DNA of 64,000 nucleotides from Acholeplasmataceae bacterium (GTDB lineage Bacteria; Bacillota_I; Bacilli_A; Acholeplasmatales; Acholeplasmataceae): NCBI GenBank assembly GCA_963667565.1, contig OY763415.1, positions 608,001 to 672,000 of the forward strand, read 5' to 3'. Shown piece by piece: positions 1 to 8,479 of this stretch (position 1 is its first letter; each line of letters starts with the position of its first letter). The notes under the pieces were generated by a model. It saw only the letters and a program-made list of their open reading frames with translations, ran no database searches and was not told where the DNA came from. The position numbers and the translations under genes were made by a program.

Positions 1-2
1 TG

Positions 3-1301
3 TGAAGGATATAATTGGTTAAAAGATTCAAATGATTGTTCTGTTTCAAAATAGACAACCATAGATACGACTATTTTCGATTTAACATGTAGCATTTTTA
101 GAAGTTGTGCTAAATGTTGTGCTCTTGCAATAATATAGGCATCCTTATGAAAGAACTTTTCTTCATAAACCGCTTTATTTGGATCACTATATGTGTTTAA
201 AGGTATAGATCTTTGAAACTTTGTTTCCAAAAATACTTTAAATTTATCGACACGTTTATGATCTTTTTCATAAAAATGTGCATAGAGTGTGACTTCATTT
301 TCAGATACTGTGTAAGCAACTATGATGAAATGATAATAATTTGCATAAACTAAAATCGAATGGAAATATTCATCAAATGTTTTTTTATCTGATTTTATCG
401 TATATTCGCTGCATAAAGTATATGTTTCATTATAAACGAGTGGTTCAAATAATGCGTTTGCATAAACTTCTTTTTGCATATCTACATCATAATAATAAAG
501 ACCATCATAGATGACTCTTTGGTATAAACGATATAATTCGATACCACCAATGACTAGACCAAATATGACAAATGAGATTAACATGAAAAATTTGATAATC
601 GTGTCAAAGGTTGATGCGTGAATCATATAGATGATTAATGGAAATAAACTGATTGCAAATGTTCTAAATGTTGAAGTAAAGCCTTTAATGTGCGTAAAAT
701 ATGCTAATAAGAATATGATCATAATCATATAAAAAGTTATGAAATTTGTCCAGCTAAAATTTTCTAAGGTATTTGCAATATGATTGATTTCATGAATGAA
801 TGAATAGATGCCTATTGCAATTAATCCTAACATCACGATTTGTCTTAATGATTTATAGTTTTTATTGGTAAACAGTTTTCTAGATTGAGGTAAATGATAA
901 TAATTTTTCATTTCTCTACGATATGCAAAGAATGGCCATAGTTTACCTCGTACACTAATTTGAATAGGTTGCGTATTCTCATCTTTCATTTCATTTCTTA
1001 AATATGTTTCAAATGATGCTAATGGATTAAGCAATACCATGAGTGTCGCAATCGTAATGACGGGTACTTGATATCTATAACCAAAAATATATAGTGCTAA
1101 AGCAGTCAGTAACCCATAAATACCATATACAATGAGTTCTGGCAAACCTCCAAAAATAAAAATACCAACATAAACTAACAAAATCATTGAAGCAATGGTA
1201 AAGATACCTCTTAGTTCAAGATTAAACAAGGTTAGTGCAAATGGTAATGTTACAATGATTAAAATAAATACAATCAATGAGATGATAATTCTTTGTTTCA
1301 T
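3..1301 (-). CDS. Multi-pass membrane protein with C-terminal soluble domain (possibly DUF695/RraB-like); 3' end truncated by window edge
   Basis: Not in the ORF track because it has no stop in the window. ATG at 1301 (MKQRIIISLIVFILIIVTLPFAL...) follows AGGGGG; the frame is open at both ends where I translated it (...VVYFETEQSFESFNQLYPS at the edge). Several hydrophobic segments. Domain call is weak. Confidence 0.75.
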   Translation of the reverse strand, partial: MKQRIIISLIVFILIIVTLPFALTLFNLELRGIFTIASMILLVYVGIFIFGGLPELIVYGIYGLLTALALYIFGYRYQVPVITIATLMVLLNPLASFETYLRNEMKDENTQPIQISVRGKLWPFFAYRREMKNYYHLPQSRKLFTNKNYKSLRQIVMLGLIAIGIYSFIHEINHIANTLENFSWTNFITFYMIMIIFLLAYFTHIKGFTSTFRTFAISLFPLIIYMIHASTFDTIIKFFMLISFVIFGLVIGGIELYRLYQRVIYDGLYYYDVDMQKEVYANALFEPLVYNETYTLCSEYTIKSDKKTFDEYFHSILVYANYYHFIIVAYTVSENEVTLYAHFYEKDHKRVDKFKVFLETKFQRSIPLNTYSDPNKAVYEEKFFHKDAYIIARAQHLAQLLKMLHVKSKIVVSMVVYFETEQSFESFNQLYPS

Positions 1302-1380
1302 AATAAGCCCCCTACCTAATCCTATTATACATAAATTTTAGAATAAATAAAACTATTTGAAAAACTGTGTGAAATAAATA

Positions 1381-1405
1381 AAAAAAGCATCACTTGGATG
1401 CTTTC
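1381..1405 (-). terminator. Intrinsic terminator overlapping the MMPL stop codon
   Basis: AAAGCATC-acttg-GATGCTTT hairpin followed by a T-run on the minus strand. Confidence 0.6.
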
Positions 1406-3426
1406 TTAAACATAGTCTTTTGTATGAATTTATCAAAAATGAGTAAAATAATTGGAACAAAGAACATGGTAAACAATAGTGAAATCAGTGTCCCTTTACC
1501 TAATAATAGTCCAATTTCTTGAATCGAAGATATATTAGAAAATAGTGTTTCAACAAATCCTGCAGCAGATAAGATGATTGCGGATACCATCATCGTCATC
1601 AGTGTCTTATGGTAGGACTCATTAAGTGCATCAAATGCTTTTAATGCTTTTCTATCCTCTAAATACCTTGTGGTAAGTAATACAGCATAATCTATGGTTG
1701 CACCCAATTGAATAGACATAACAACTAAATATCCAATATATATTGTCTTTATGTCAAATAAGTAAAGAAGTCCCATATTTACAGCAATTGCTGATTCAAT
1801 AATAATGATTAGAAATATTGGAATGATTGGATTTTTAAATGTGAGTGCCAAGATGATAAAGATAGAAACAATGGAGATGAGCATGATTTTTAATTGATCA
1901 GAAGTCACAATATCTCTAATTTCACTTGCTGTTGTCGCAAATCCAACTAAATAATAATCACTATAATATGTATGCACTAATTGATTGATATCATCAGAAA
2001 ATTGATACATTTGTTCATTTTCTGATAAAATATCAGTTTCAATAATGATTCTCGTATAAGAACGACCTACATATTGTGAGACAAGTGCTGAATCTAGATA
2101 AGCTCTAGGTATTTGTGGATCTACGATTGTAACAAGTGTTTGAACTGATTTCACATGTTCATTTAATAATAGTGCATCGGTAAGTGATACTTCTTGTGCA
2201 ATTTGATTATTAGGAACTAATATGACTAACTGTTGATACTGATCAAAATATGTAGATATATGAGATAAATCTTGAGCGACTCTTGAGGTTTCATCAAGCG
2301 ATTGATTTGTACCATATGTATAAGATGTTTGTGATTCTAAGTAAAAACCACCACCTATGAATATGATCATTAGGATTACAAGAGGTATTCTTAGTTTAAC
2401 AATGATTCTAAGTAACCCTTTTGGTGCTTTAATTATCGACTTATGTTGCCCTTTTAAAAGCAGTTTATCAAAAAGATATGTAATTGTAGGGATCAATGCT
2501 AAAACCGTTAAATAACTCAAAATAATACCTTTAGATAACACAATACCTATATCATAACCAATCTTATATTGCATAAATAGTAATGCTAAAAAACCCGCAA
2601 ATGTTGTAAGTGCTGATGCTGTGATTGCAGGGAAAGTCTTCTTGAGTGCTTGTTTAACAGCATCTTCTTTTGACATCGTCTCTCGCAATTCATGGTATCT
2701 ATGTAGATAAAAAAGTGTATAATCAATGGATAATGCAAGTTGTAATGCAAGTGCCATGGTTTTAGTTATAAATGAAATATTAGGTAAAAATGCATTTGTT
2801 CCAAGATTCAAAATGACTGCTATCCCTAATGATATAATCGCGATGATAGGATCAAACCAAGATTTTGATGTGATGAGTAACAAAGCAATCACAATCGGTA
2901 TAATCACAAGCATGACTTTTAATATTTCATTGCTTGCCAAATTTCTATTAGCCATTTCAAGTAAACTCTGACCGCGAAGTGCAATCTGATAGTTTGATAG
3001 TTTAGCATCGATCTGGCTAACAACTTGATCAACATCAATACTGTAGGTATCTAGATCAAGAACTACTGTAAGTTTGATGTGTTGATCAACATAAAACTGA
3101 TCTAAAAGTTCCGATGGAATATAATTTATTGGCGTTGTTGCAATATCAACATAGTCATCAATATAGACGATTTGCTCAACATGATCAATTGAATATAACA
3201 TGTGTTTAATCTCAACACCTTGTGCTAGAGTTACATCATCAACCATCACTTCAATCATCGTGTGTGTACCAAACTCTTCATTTAAAATTTCTAACCCTTG
3301 GCTAGTATTTGAATCTTTTGGCAAATAAATTGTCATATCATAGTTGGTTTTGACATCAAAAATGAGAAAGACACTAATCATTGTAATGATTGTAAACACT
3401 ATTAAAATAAGACTTCGTTTTATCAT
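1390..3426 (-). CDS. MMPL/RND family membrane transporter
   Basis: Two repeats of TM + extracytoplasmic loop + 5 TM; motifs ALQLALSIDY and SIQLGATIDY; divergent TetR gene. Confidence 0.85.
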   Translation of the reverse strand: MIKRSLILIVFTIITMISVFLIFDVKTNYDMTIYLPKDSNTSQGLEILNEEFGTHTMIEVMVDDVTLAQGVEIKHMLYSIDHVEQIVYIDDYVDIATTPINYIPSELLDQFYVDQHIKLTVVLDLDTYSIDVDQVVSQIDAKLSNYQIALRGQSLLEMANRNLASNEILKVMLVIIPIVIALLLITSKSWFDPIIAIISLGIAVILNLGTNAFLPNISFITKTMALALQLALSIDYTLFYLHRYHELRETMSKEDAVKQALKKTFPAITASALTTFAGFLALLFMQYKIGYDIGIVLSKGIILSYLTVLALIPTITYLFDKLLLKGQHKSIIKAPKGLLRIIVKLRIPLVILMIIFIGGGFYLESQTSYTYGTNQSLDETSRVAQDLSHISTYFDQYQQLVILVPNNQIAQEVSLTDALLLNEHVKSVQTLVTIVDPQIPRAYLDSALVSQYVGRSYTRIIIETDILSENEQMYQFSDDINQLVHTYYSDYYLVGFATTASEIRDIVTSDQLKIMLISIVSIFIILALTFKNPIIPIFLIIIIESAIAVNMGLLYLFDIKTIYIGYLVVMSIQLGATIDYAVLLTTRYLEDRKALKAFDALNESYHKTLMTMMVSAIILSAAGFVETLFSNISSIQEIGLLLGKGTLISLLFTMFFVPIILLIFDKFIQKTMFKKASK

Positions 3427-3439
3427 ATAGACTCCTCTT

Positions 3440-3559
3440 AAATATATATTTTAAATACTCATTTAAATAAACATTTTAAATCTCTATTTTAATTCTATCT
3501 TTTTTATGGTATAAATAAGATATGAAATCGCATTTTAATTACCATTTCAAATGAGATTT
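3440..3559. promoter_or_regulatory. Arrays of AAAT-N3/4-ATTT mini-palindromes in the divergent MMPL/TetR intergenic region (candidate TetR operators)
   Basis: Four AAAT-N4-ATTT units at 3440-3489 and three AA(A/T)T-N3-ATTT units at 3525-3559. Confidence 0.4.
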
Positions 3560-3569
3560 AAAGAGGTGA

Positions 3570-4172
3570 ATGATGGCTAAAGACCCACAAATCAAAAGAT
3601 TGATGATTGATGAAACAAGAAATTTATTAGAAGAACATGGAAATGTGACTATTAAGGAGATTGCAGAAAGATGTTATGTGAACATCGCATCTGTTAATTA
3701 TTATTTTGGAAGTAAAGAAAATTTGATATTTATTGTCATCTCCGAAGTACTATCTGAGATTAAGCAAATGGTTTTTACGATGGTTGATGATAAAAGTAAT
3801 AAAACACCTGCAGATTTTTTAGAAGAAACGATTGGTTTAATTTATAATTTCTCCATAGACCATGTGGGTATATTGAGTTATTTATTTATGGCAAATGGTA
3901 TGAAAGATGGTCAACTTGCAGAATTTGTTAGATCCTTTTTCTTAGATCCAGAATTTGTACAGATGGTATATAAGAATTTAGGTGAACAACTCGATACCAA
4001 CGATATCAAGCTTTTACAAGTTAAATATATGATTATCTTCTCTTCATTCTTTATGCCGCTATTCATTCAAATTATTAATCCAACAGATGATGAAGAAGAA
4101 AAGATGGAAATGTTTAGAGATCCTGTGTTTAAAAAGCATTTTACAGAACAAATATTAAAAATTATTGCATAA
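3570..4172 (+). CDS. TetR/AcrR family transcriptional regulator (start may be 3573)
   Basis: N-terminal HTH VTIKEIAERCYVNIASVNYYFGSKENL; GAGGTG RBS. Confidence 0.9.
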   Translation: MMAKDPQIKRLMIDETRNLLEEHGNVTIKEIAERCYVNIASVNYYFGSKENLIFIVISEVLSEIKQMVFTMVDDKSNKTPADFLEETIGLIYNFSIDHVGILSYLFMANGMKDGQLAEFVRSFFLDPEFVQMVYKNLGEQLDTNDIKLLQVKYMIIFSSFFMPLFIQIINPTDDEEEKMEMFRDPVFKKHFTEQILKIIA

Positions 4173-4208
4173 AAAAAGATGTTTCTTAAATGAAACATCT
4201 ATTTTTTT
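4171..4208. terminator. Bidirectional intrinsic terminator between tetR and rplT
   Basis: A7-AGATGTTTC-ttaaat-GAAACATCT-A-T7 between convergent genes. Confidence 0.85.
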
Positions 4209-4209
4209 A

Positions 4210-4818
4210 TTATTTACTTAATAATTCAATAAGTTCAGCTTTTTTAAGTGCACTGTAACCAGTTAACCCTTTTTCTTTAGCTAAAGCTTTTAAATCAGCA
4301 ACTGATAATGATGCTAAATCAGCTTCTGGTGCTTTAACTTCTACTTTAGGTTCAGCTTTAACTTCAGCCTTCACTTCAGCTTTTGGAGCAGCTTTAACTT
4401 CTGCTTTAGGTGCTTTTTTCACTTCAGCTTTAGGTGCATTCTTAGTTTCTGCTGGAATGTTTCCATTTAAAGCATTTTGAGCAAGAACACAGTAAGCTTT
4501 GAAATCTTCTGGTTGGTTTACTGCTAAGTCAGCTAAGACTTTTCTATTAACTTCAACATGTGCAAGTGCAAGACCATGAATTAATAAAGAATATTTCATA
4601 CCGTTTAATTTTGCAGCGGCATTAATTCTTGAAATCCATAATTTTCTAAATTCACTCTTTCTTTTCTTACGATCACGGTAAGCATAAGCAAGTGAACGCA
4701 TAACTTGTTCATTTGCAGTTCTATATAATGCATGTTTTGAACCAAAATAACCTTTGGCTAACTTTAATATTTTTTTACGACGTTTTCTAGTAGTCGTTCC
4801 ACCTTTAACTCTTGGCAT
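4210..4818 (-). CDS. rplT: 50S ribosomal protein L20 with C-terminal low-complexity linker and Rho_N-like domain
   Basis: MPRVKGG...AKGYFG...AYRDRK...[12 protein letters not shown]; ~85 extra C-terminal residues; position after infC-rpmI. Confidence 0.97.
   Translation of the reverse strand: MPRVKGGTTTRKRRKKILKLAKGYFGSKHALYRTANEQVMRSLAYAYRDRKKRKSEFRKLWISRINAAAKLNGMKYSLLIHGLALAHVEVNRKVLADLAVNQPEDFKAYCVLAQNALNGNIPAETKNAPKAEVKKAPKAEVKAAPKAEVKAEVKAEPKVEVKAPEADLASLSVADLKALAKEKGLTGYSALKKAELIELLSK
4322..4440 (-). repeat. Imperfect tandem coding repeats ([20 protein letters not shown]) in the rplT extension
   Basis: Protein reads [40 protein letters not shown]. Confidence 0.8.
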
Positions 4819-4830
4819 TTCCTGCTCCTC

Positions 4831-5031
4831 CTACTTCAAGTTCGAAATAAGTGATTTAATTCTCTTTTCATCTGATGGATGAACACTTGTTTCGCCTCTT
4901 AATTGTCTATTTTGTTTTGTTGTTTTATGAGCAGCTAGATGTCCTTTGTAGGCATGCCCACGCTTTAATTTACCTGTACCAGTAACTTTAATTCTTTTCT
5001 TTAAGCCACTATGTGTTTTTTGTTTTGGCAT
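4831..5031 (-). CDS. rpmI: 50S ribosomal protein L35
   Basis: MPKQKTHSGLKKRIKVTGTGK; between infC and rplT. Confidence 0.97.
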   Translation of the reverse strand: MPKQKTHSGLKKRIKVTGTGKLKRGHAYKGHLAAHKTTKQNRQLRGETSVHPSDEKRIKSLISNLK

Positions 5032-5048
5032 ATGAATATTCCTTCTTT

Positions 5049-5582
5049 CTATGATTTCTTTTCAATTGGTGCAACGATAGCAATCAGTGAGCGACCTTCC
5101 ATTTTAGGTTTAGCTTCTACTGTAACTTCACTACCTAAGGCTTCAATAAATTTATTGATGACTTCGACACCAACACTTTGATGTGTAATCATACGGCCTC
5201 TAAAATAGATTGAAACTTTGACTTTGTTGCCTTTTTCTAAAAACTTGAGTGCTTGACGAAATTTAGTATCAAAATCATGTTTATCAATTGTTGGACTTAA
5301 ACGAATCTCTTTAAGTTCTACAATTTTTTGATTCTTTTTCATCTCACGAAGTTTACGTTGCTGTTCATAACGATATTTTGAATAGTCCATAAGTTTTGCA
5401 ACCATCGGATTAGAATTAGGAGATACAACTACTAAATCCAATTCTTTTTCGTCTGCATATTTCATTGCTTCTGCACGTGAAATAATACCAATCTTGTTAC
5501 CTTCATCATCAATGAATAACAATTTGACATTTGGGATATTCTCGTTAACTAACTCAGCGCTTTGATTCTTTGTTTGTTTAAT
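5049..5582 (-). CDS. infC: Translation initiation factor IF-3, likely ATT start at 5582
   Basis: IF3 motifs (NENI, DLVVVSP, AKLMDYSKYRYE, KEIRLSPTIDKHD); GAGGTG RBS 6 nt before an in-frame ATT; the ORF-track ATG at 5630 lies inside the leader terminator. Confidence 0.93.
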   Translation of the reverse strand: MKQTKNQSAELVNENIPNVKLLFIDDEGNKIGIISRAEAMKYADEKELDLVVVSPNSNPMVAKLMDYSKYRYEQQRKLREMKKNQKIVELKEIRLSPTIDKHDFDTKFRQALKFLEKGNKVKVSIYFRGRMITHQSVGVEVINKFIEALGSEVTVEAKPKMEGRSLIAIVAPIEKKS

Positions 5583-5610
5583 ATCATTCACCTCTTTATT
5601 ATTTTTTAGG

Positions 5611-5720
5611 AAAAGAAAAAGTGCGTACATGAAGTACCCACTTAAAAGTCAAAAAGCAATGCTGTGACTGGTTTGCCCATGAATCGATCATCAGGCGAGA
5701 GGGTATCTCTTCTTTTCACT
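5611..5720 (-). ncRNA. L20 leader (ribosomal protein autoregulatory attenuator)
   Basis: Minus strand AGAAGAGATACCCTCTCGCCTG...AAGTGGGTAC-TTCAT-GTACGCACTT-TTTCTTTT; TACCC can pair with GGGTA as an alternative to the terminator; directly 5' of infC. Confidence 0.8.
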
Positions 5721-5728
5721 ACGTATTG

Positions 5729-5757
5729 ATTATACATATATAGATGACTAAAGTCAA
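5729..5757 (-). promoter_or_regulatory. Sigma-A promoter of the infC operon
   Basis: TTGACT (5757-5752) - 17 nt - TATAAT (5734-5729). Confidence 0.85.
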
Positions 5758-5766
5758 GGAAAAACA

Positions 5767-6450
5767 TCAATTAATTTTGCTTTTAGTCATTTTCAAATAA
5801 GAAAGCATGAAACCCAGCAAAATGAATAACATTTGATAACTTATTTGATACTTATATTGTAACACATGACAATCATAAAATGGCCACAAATAAAACAAAA
5901 ACATACTAAAATGATCTTCTAATATCATATGAAAGATGATGGCGATAACACTTAACAATATTGCAAGATTTTGATGTCTATCTTTGATGCATATAAATAC
6001 AGTAATAAGCACTAAATAATTTTGGTTAATCACCATCATCAATTTGATTAAAAATGAAGAGTCAAATGTATAATACTTAGTAAAAAGATAAGGTAATAGA
6101 TACGCAAGTAGTAAAATTGTAAGATTATACCAAGTTATAAATAATATATAACTAAGCAATTTATAGAATGTCGTTTTATTTCTTCCCACATATGCATAAA
6201 TTGGGTAGAGTGATTTCGACTCATGATGCATACTAATCATGACAATCATAAACGGCATCATCATTGATAAATATTCTAGTGTTAAATGTTCATAACTTAG
6301 TTGAAAATCATCTTTAAACATGACTTGTTCATCATAAGTTGCATCCAATTGCATAAAACTAAACATGATAATCATGAGTAATATCATTGATAATCCATAA
6401 ATTAGCATATTTTGTTTATTCATCCAATAATGAAAGATCAGTATGATCAT
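5767..6450 (-). CDS. Putative ABC transporter permease (about 6 TM)
   Basis: Highly hydrophobic; overlaps the ABC ATPase stop (ATGA). Confidence 0.7.
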   Translation of the reverse strand: MIILIFHYWMNKQNMLIYGLSMILLMIIMFSFMQLDATYDEQVMFKDDFQLSYEHLTLEYLSMMMPFMIVMISMHHESKSLYPIYAYVGRNKTTFYKLLSYILFITWYNLTILLLAYLLPYLFTKYYTFDSSFLIKLMMVINQNYLVLITVFICIKDRHQNLAILLSVIAIIFHMILEDHFSMFLFYLWPFYDCHVLQYKYQISYQMLFILLGFMLSYLKMTKSKIN

Positions 6451-7007
6451 AGCTTTATATGTTTATTGCATAAAGGTAATATATATGAAGGATAATGAGA
6501 AATAATCATGACTGTTTTACCTGATGCCTTAAGTGTTTTAAGCATGTCTACAAACTGTGCTCTACCTTCCATGTCAAGTGCAACCATCGGTTCATCTAAT
6601 ATGATGAGATCAGGTTTTCCAATACATGCAGAGATGATGCCTAGTTTTTGTCTATTTCCATGAGATAACTGATAAATACTTTTGAACAAAGGTATTTTAA
6701 ACATATACATTAAAGATTCAAAACCATCATTACCTTTAATTTTTATTAAAATATCTAAGTAACGACTCACTTTCATAAATAAAGGAAATTCAATATGCTC
6801 TGGCAAATATCCAATATTTATTGGTTTAGACTCTATATGTCCCCTATCTGGCATGATATAACCTAAAATCAGTTTAGTAAGTGTTGTCTTACCTTTACCA
6901 TTATCACCACTGATCAATATAAAATCTTTTGATTCAATTTCAAAATCAAAAGGTTTTTTAATATCATATTTATAGACTTCTTTGAGTTTAACTAAGCAAG
7001 TATCCAT
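6447..7007 (-). CDS. Short ABC transporter ATP-binding protein
   Basis: Walker A GDNGKGKT, signature LSHGN, Walker B IILDEP, H-loop ISH. Confidence 0.9.
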   Translation of the reverse strand: MDTCLVKLKEVYKYDIKKPFDFEIESKDFILISGDNGKGKTTLTKLILGYIMPDRGHIESKPINIGYLPEHIEFPLFMKVSRYLDILIKIKGNDGFESLMYMFKIPLFKSIYQLSHGNRQKLGIISACIGKPDLIILDEPMVALDMEGRAQFVDMLKTLKASGKTVMIISHYPSYILPLCNKHIKL

Positions 7008-7764
7008 GAAGTAACATACCTGATTCTTTTAAAATTTCATAGTCATTGATGTATAAAAAATAATCAATGACCAAAGATGTATAATCACTAAATGTAATCA
7101 CAATCGGACAGCCATACAAGAGTTGAGATTCATCATCTATCGTTAATGTTATTTTGTCATCACGAATGTCAAATGTGACAGGATCTTCAAAACCGATATA
7201 GATGTCATCAATACTTTTTGAAAGACTCTGATATGAGATATAGATTTGATAGAGTCTACTTAACTTAGATTGTTCTTTTTTGATACCTTCAAGTGCAAGC
7301 CAATCAAGTGCATCACATGTATCATTACTTAAATATAATGATAAAGATCCCAAATAAAATTGATAGGTATCATCATTTACTAATCTTACATTTAAATATA
7401 GATCATCAATAACAAATGATTGACTGATTGAAGGCATGTTTAATTTAAGCATATACTTTGTATATGTTTCACCTAAATATGACTCATGTCCAACTGATTT
7501 TAATTCATCAATGGATAAACTTAGCATCTCATTAAGATCTTTGCTTGATAGATTTACTTCCATATAATTGTTTTGATCATTAAGTGGATGTTTGCCATTT
7601 AAATAAAAGATCACATCAATCGTTTCATCTTCTTTTATCATGTATGAATAATAAGTGTTGACTGTATAAAGTTTTAAAGGAATGATTTCTTGATTAACTT
7701 TAATCATGACAACTAATAAGATTGCAACTAGTACTAATGACATATAAAAAATAATATGCTTCAT
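6988..7764 (-). CDS. Hypothetical membrane-anchored or secreted protein
   Basis: N-terminal hydrophobic helix followed by an acidic, probably beta-rich domain; overlaps both neighbours. Confidence 0.75.
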   Translation of the reverse strand: MKHIIFYMSLVLVAILLVVMIKVNQEIIPLKLYTVNTYYSYMIKEDETIDVIFYLNGKHPLNDQNNYMEVNLSSKDLNEMLSLSIDELKSVGHESYLGETYTKYMLKLNMPSISQSFVIDDLYLNVRLVNDDTYQFYLGSLSLYLSNDTCDALDWLALEGIKKEQSKLSRLYQIYISYQSLSKSIDDIYIGFEDPVTFDIRDDKITLTIDDESQLLYGCPIVITFSDYTSLVIDYFLYINDYEILKESGMLLHGYLLS

Positions 7765-8387
7765 ATTTTAGTCTTCTCTAGTCTTTGATACTGAGTTGTT
7801 ACAACAAATAACTCATAACCACCTTTTTGCATACGACCCCAAAAGAAATATCTAGCAGCAACCCCATTCGTAATTTTTCCTTCACCATAAATATATAAAT
7901 CAACTTGAGTGCCAGGATCAACTTCAAAATCAATTTCACATGTTTCCTTTTCTGTTGAGGATACTTGATAATCTGCTGATAGTTTTAAACTACCTTCTAA
8001 ATTATTCTTAAATACAGCTTTTGTTGATGTGGTTTTAATAGAAATCGTACCTGTTGCAGATAAAGAGAGTTTAGATGTTGTCTCTTGTTCTAATTTATAA
8101 TGGTATTTAATTGCAGTATAACCATCATTATAATAAGAGAATTTTGTATCAGTAATATATGTAGCTTCAATGTTCTGATTGACCGTATATGTTCTCCATC
8201 CAGAAAACTTACGTTTATTTACCTCTTTATAGTAAGTATTATAATCAGCATCAGAAAAGTCTTCTAGAAGTTTACCCGTGTTAATGGTTATATCTTCAAA
8301 AGCTTTATAATTCGAATCTGCTTTGACATTTGGTGTCCATAAATAAATCATCATAGATAATAAAATAAAAGTTACAATTTTTTTCAT
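7761..8387 (-). CDS. Secreted hypothetical protein with an aerolysin/ETX-MTX2-like pattern
   Basis: GGAGG RBS before ATG 8387; signal peptide MKKIVTFILLSMMIYLWTPNVKA; Ser/Thr-rich strands flanking an alternating beta-hairpin, then VDPG. The CDS is secure; the fold call is inference. Confidence 0.7.
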   Translation of the reverse strand: MKKIVTFILLSMMIYLWTPNVKADSNYKAFEDITINTGKLLEDFSDADYNTYYKEVNKRKFSGWRTYTVNQNIEATYITDTKFSYYNDGYTAIKYHYKLEQETTSKLSLSATGTISIKTTSTKAVFKNNLEGSLKLSADYQVSSTEKETCEIDFEVDPGTQVDLYIYGEGKITNGVAARYFFWGRMQKGGYELFVVTTQYQRLEKTKI

Positions 8388-8436
8388 GTTCTTAACCTCC
8401 AATAAATCATAGAGGTATATCCTAAAATTTACTTTT

Positions 8437-8474
8437 AAAAAAACACCTAAAATCCATAACGATTTTAAGTGTTT
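8437..8474 (-). terminator. Intrinsic terminator after pepP
   Basis: AAACACCTAAAATC-cataac-GATTTTAAGTGTTT with an A-run on the left. Confidence 0.7.
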
Positions 8475-8479
8475 ATCTT

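Noticed and set aside
4322..4440. Tandem DNA repeats as a CRISPR array or VNTR
   Set aside because: Degenerate, in-frame coding repeats with no spacers and no cas genes.
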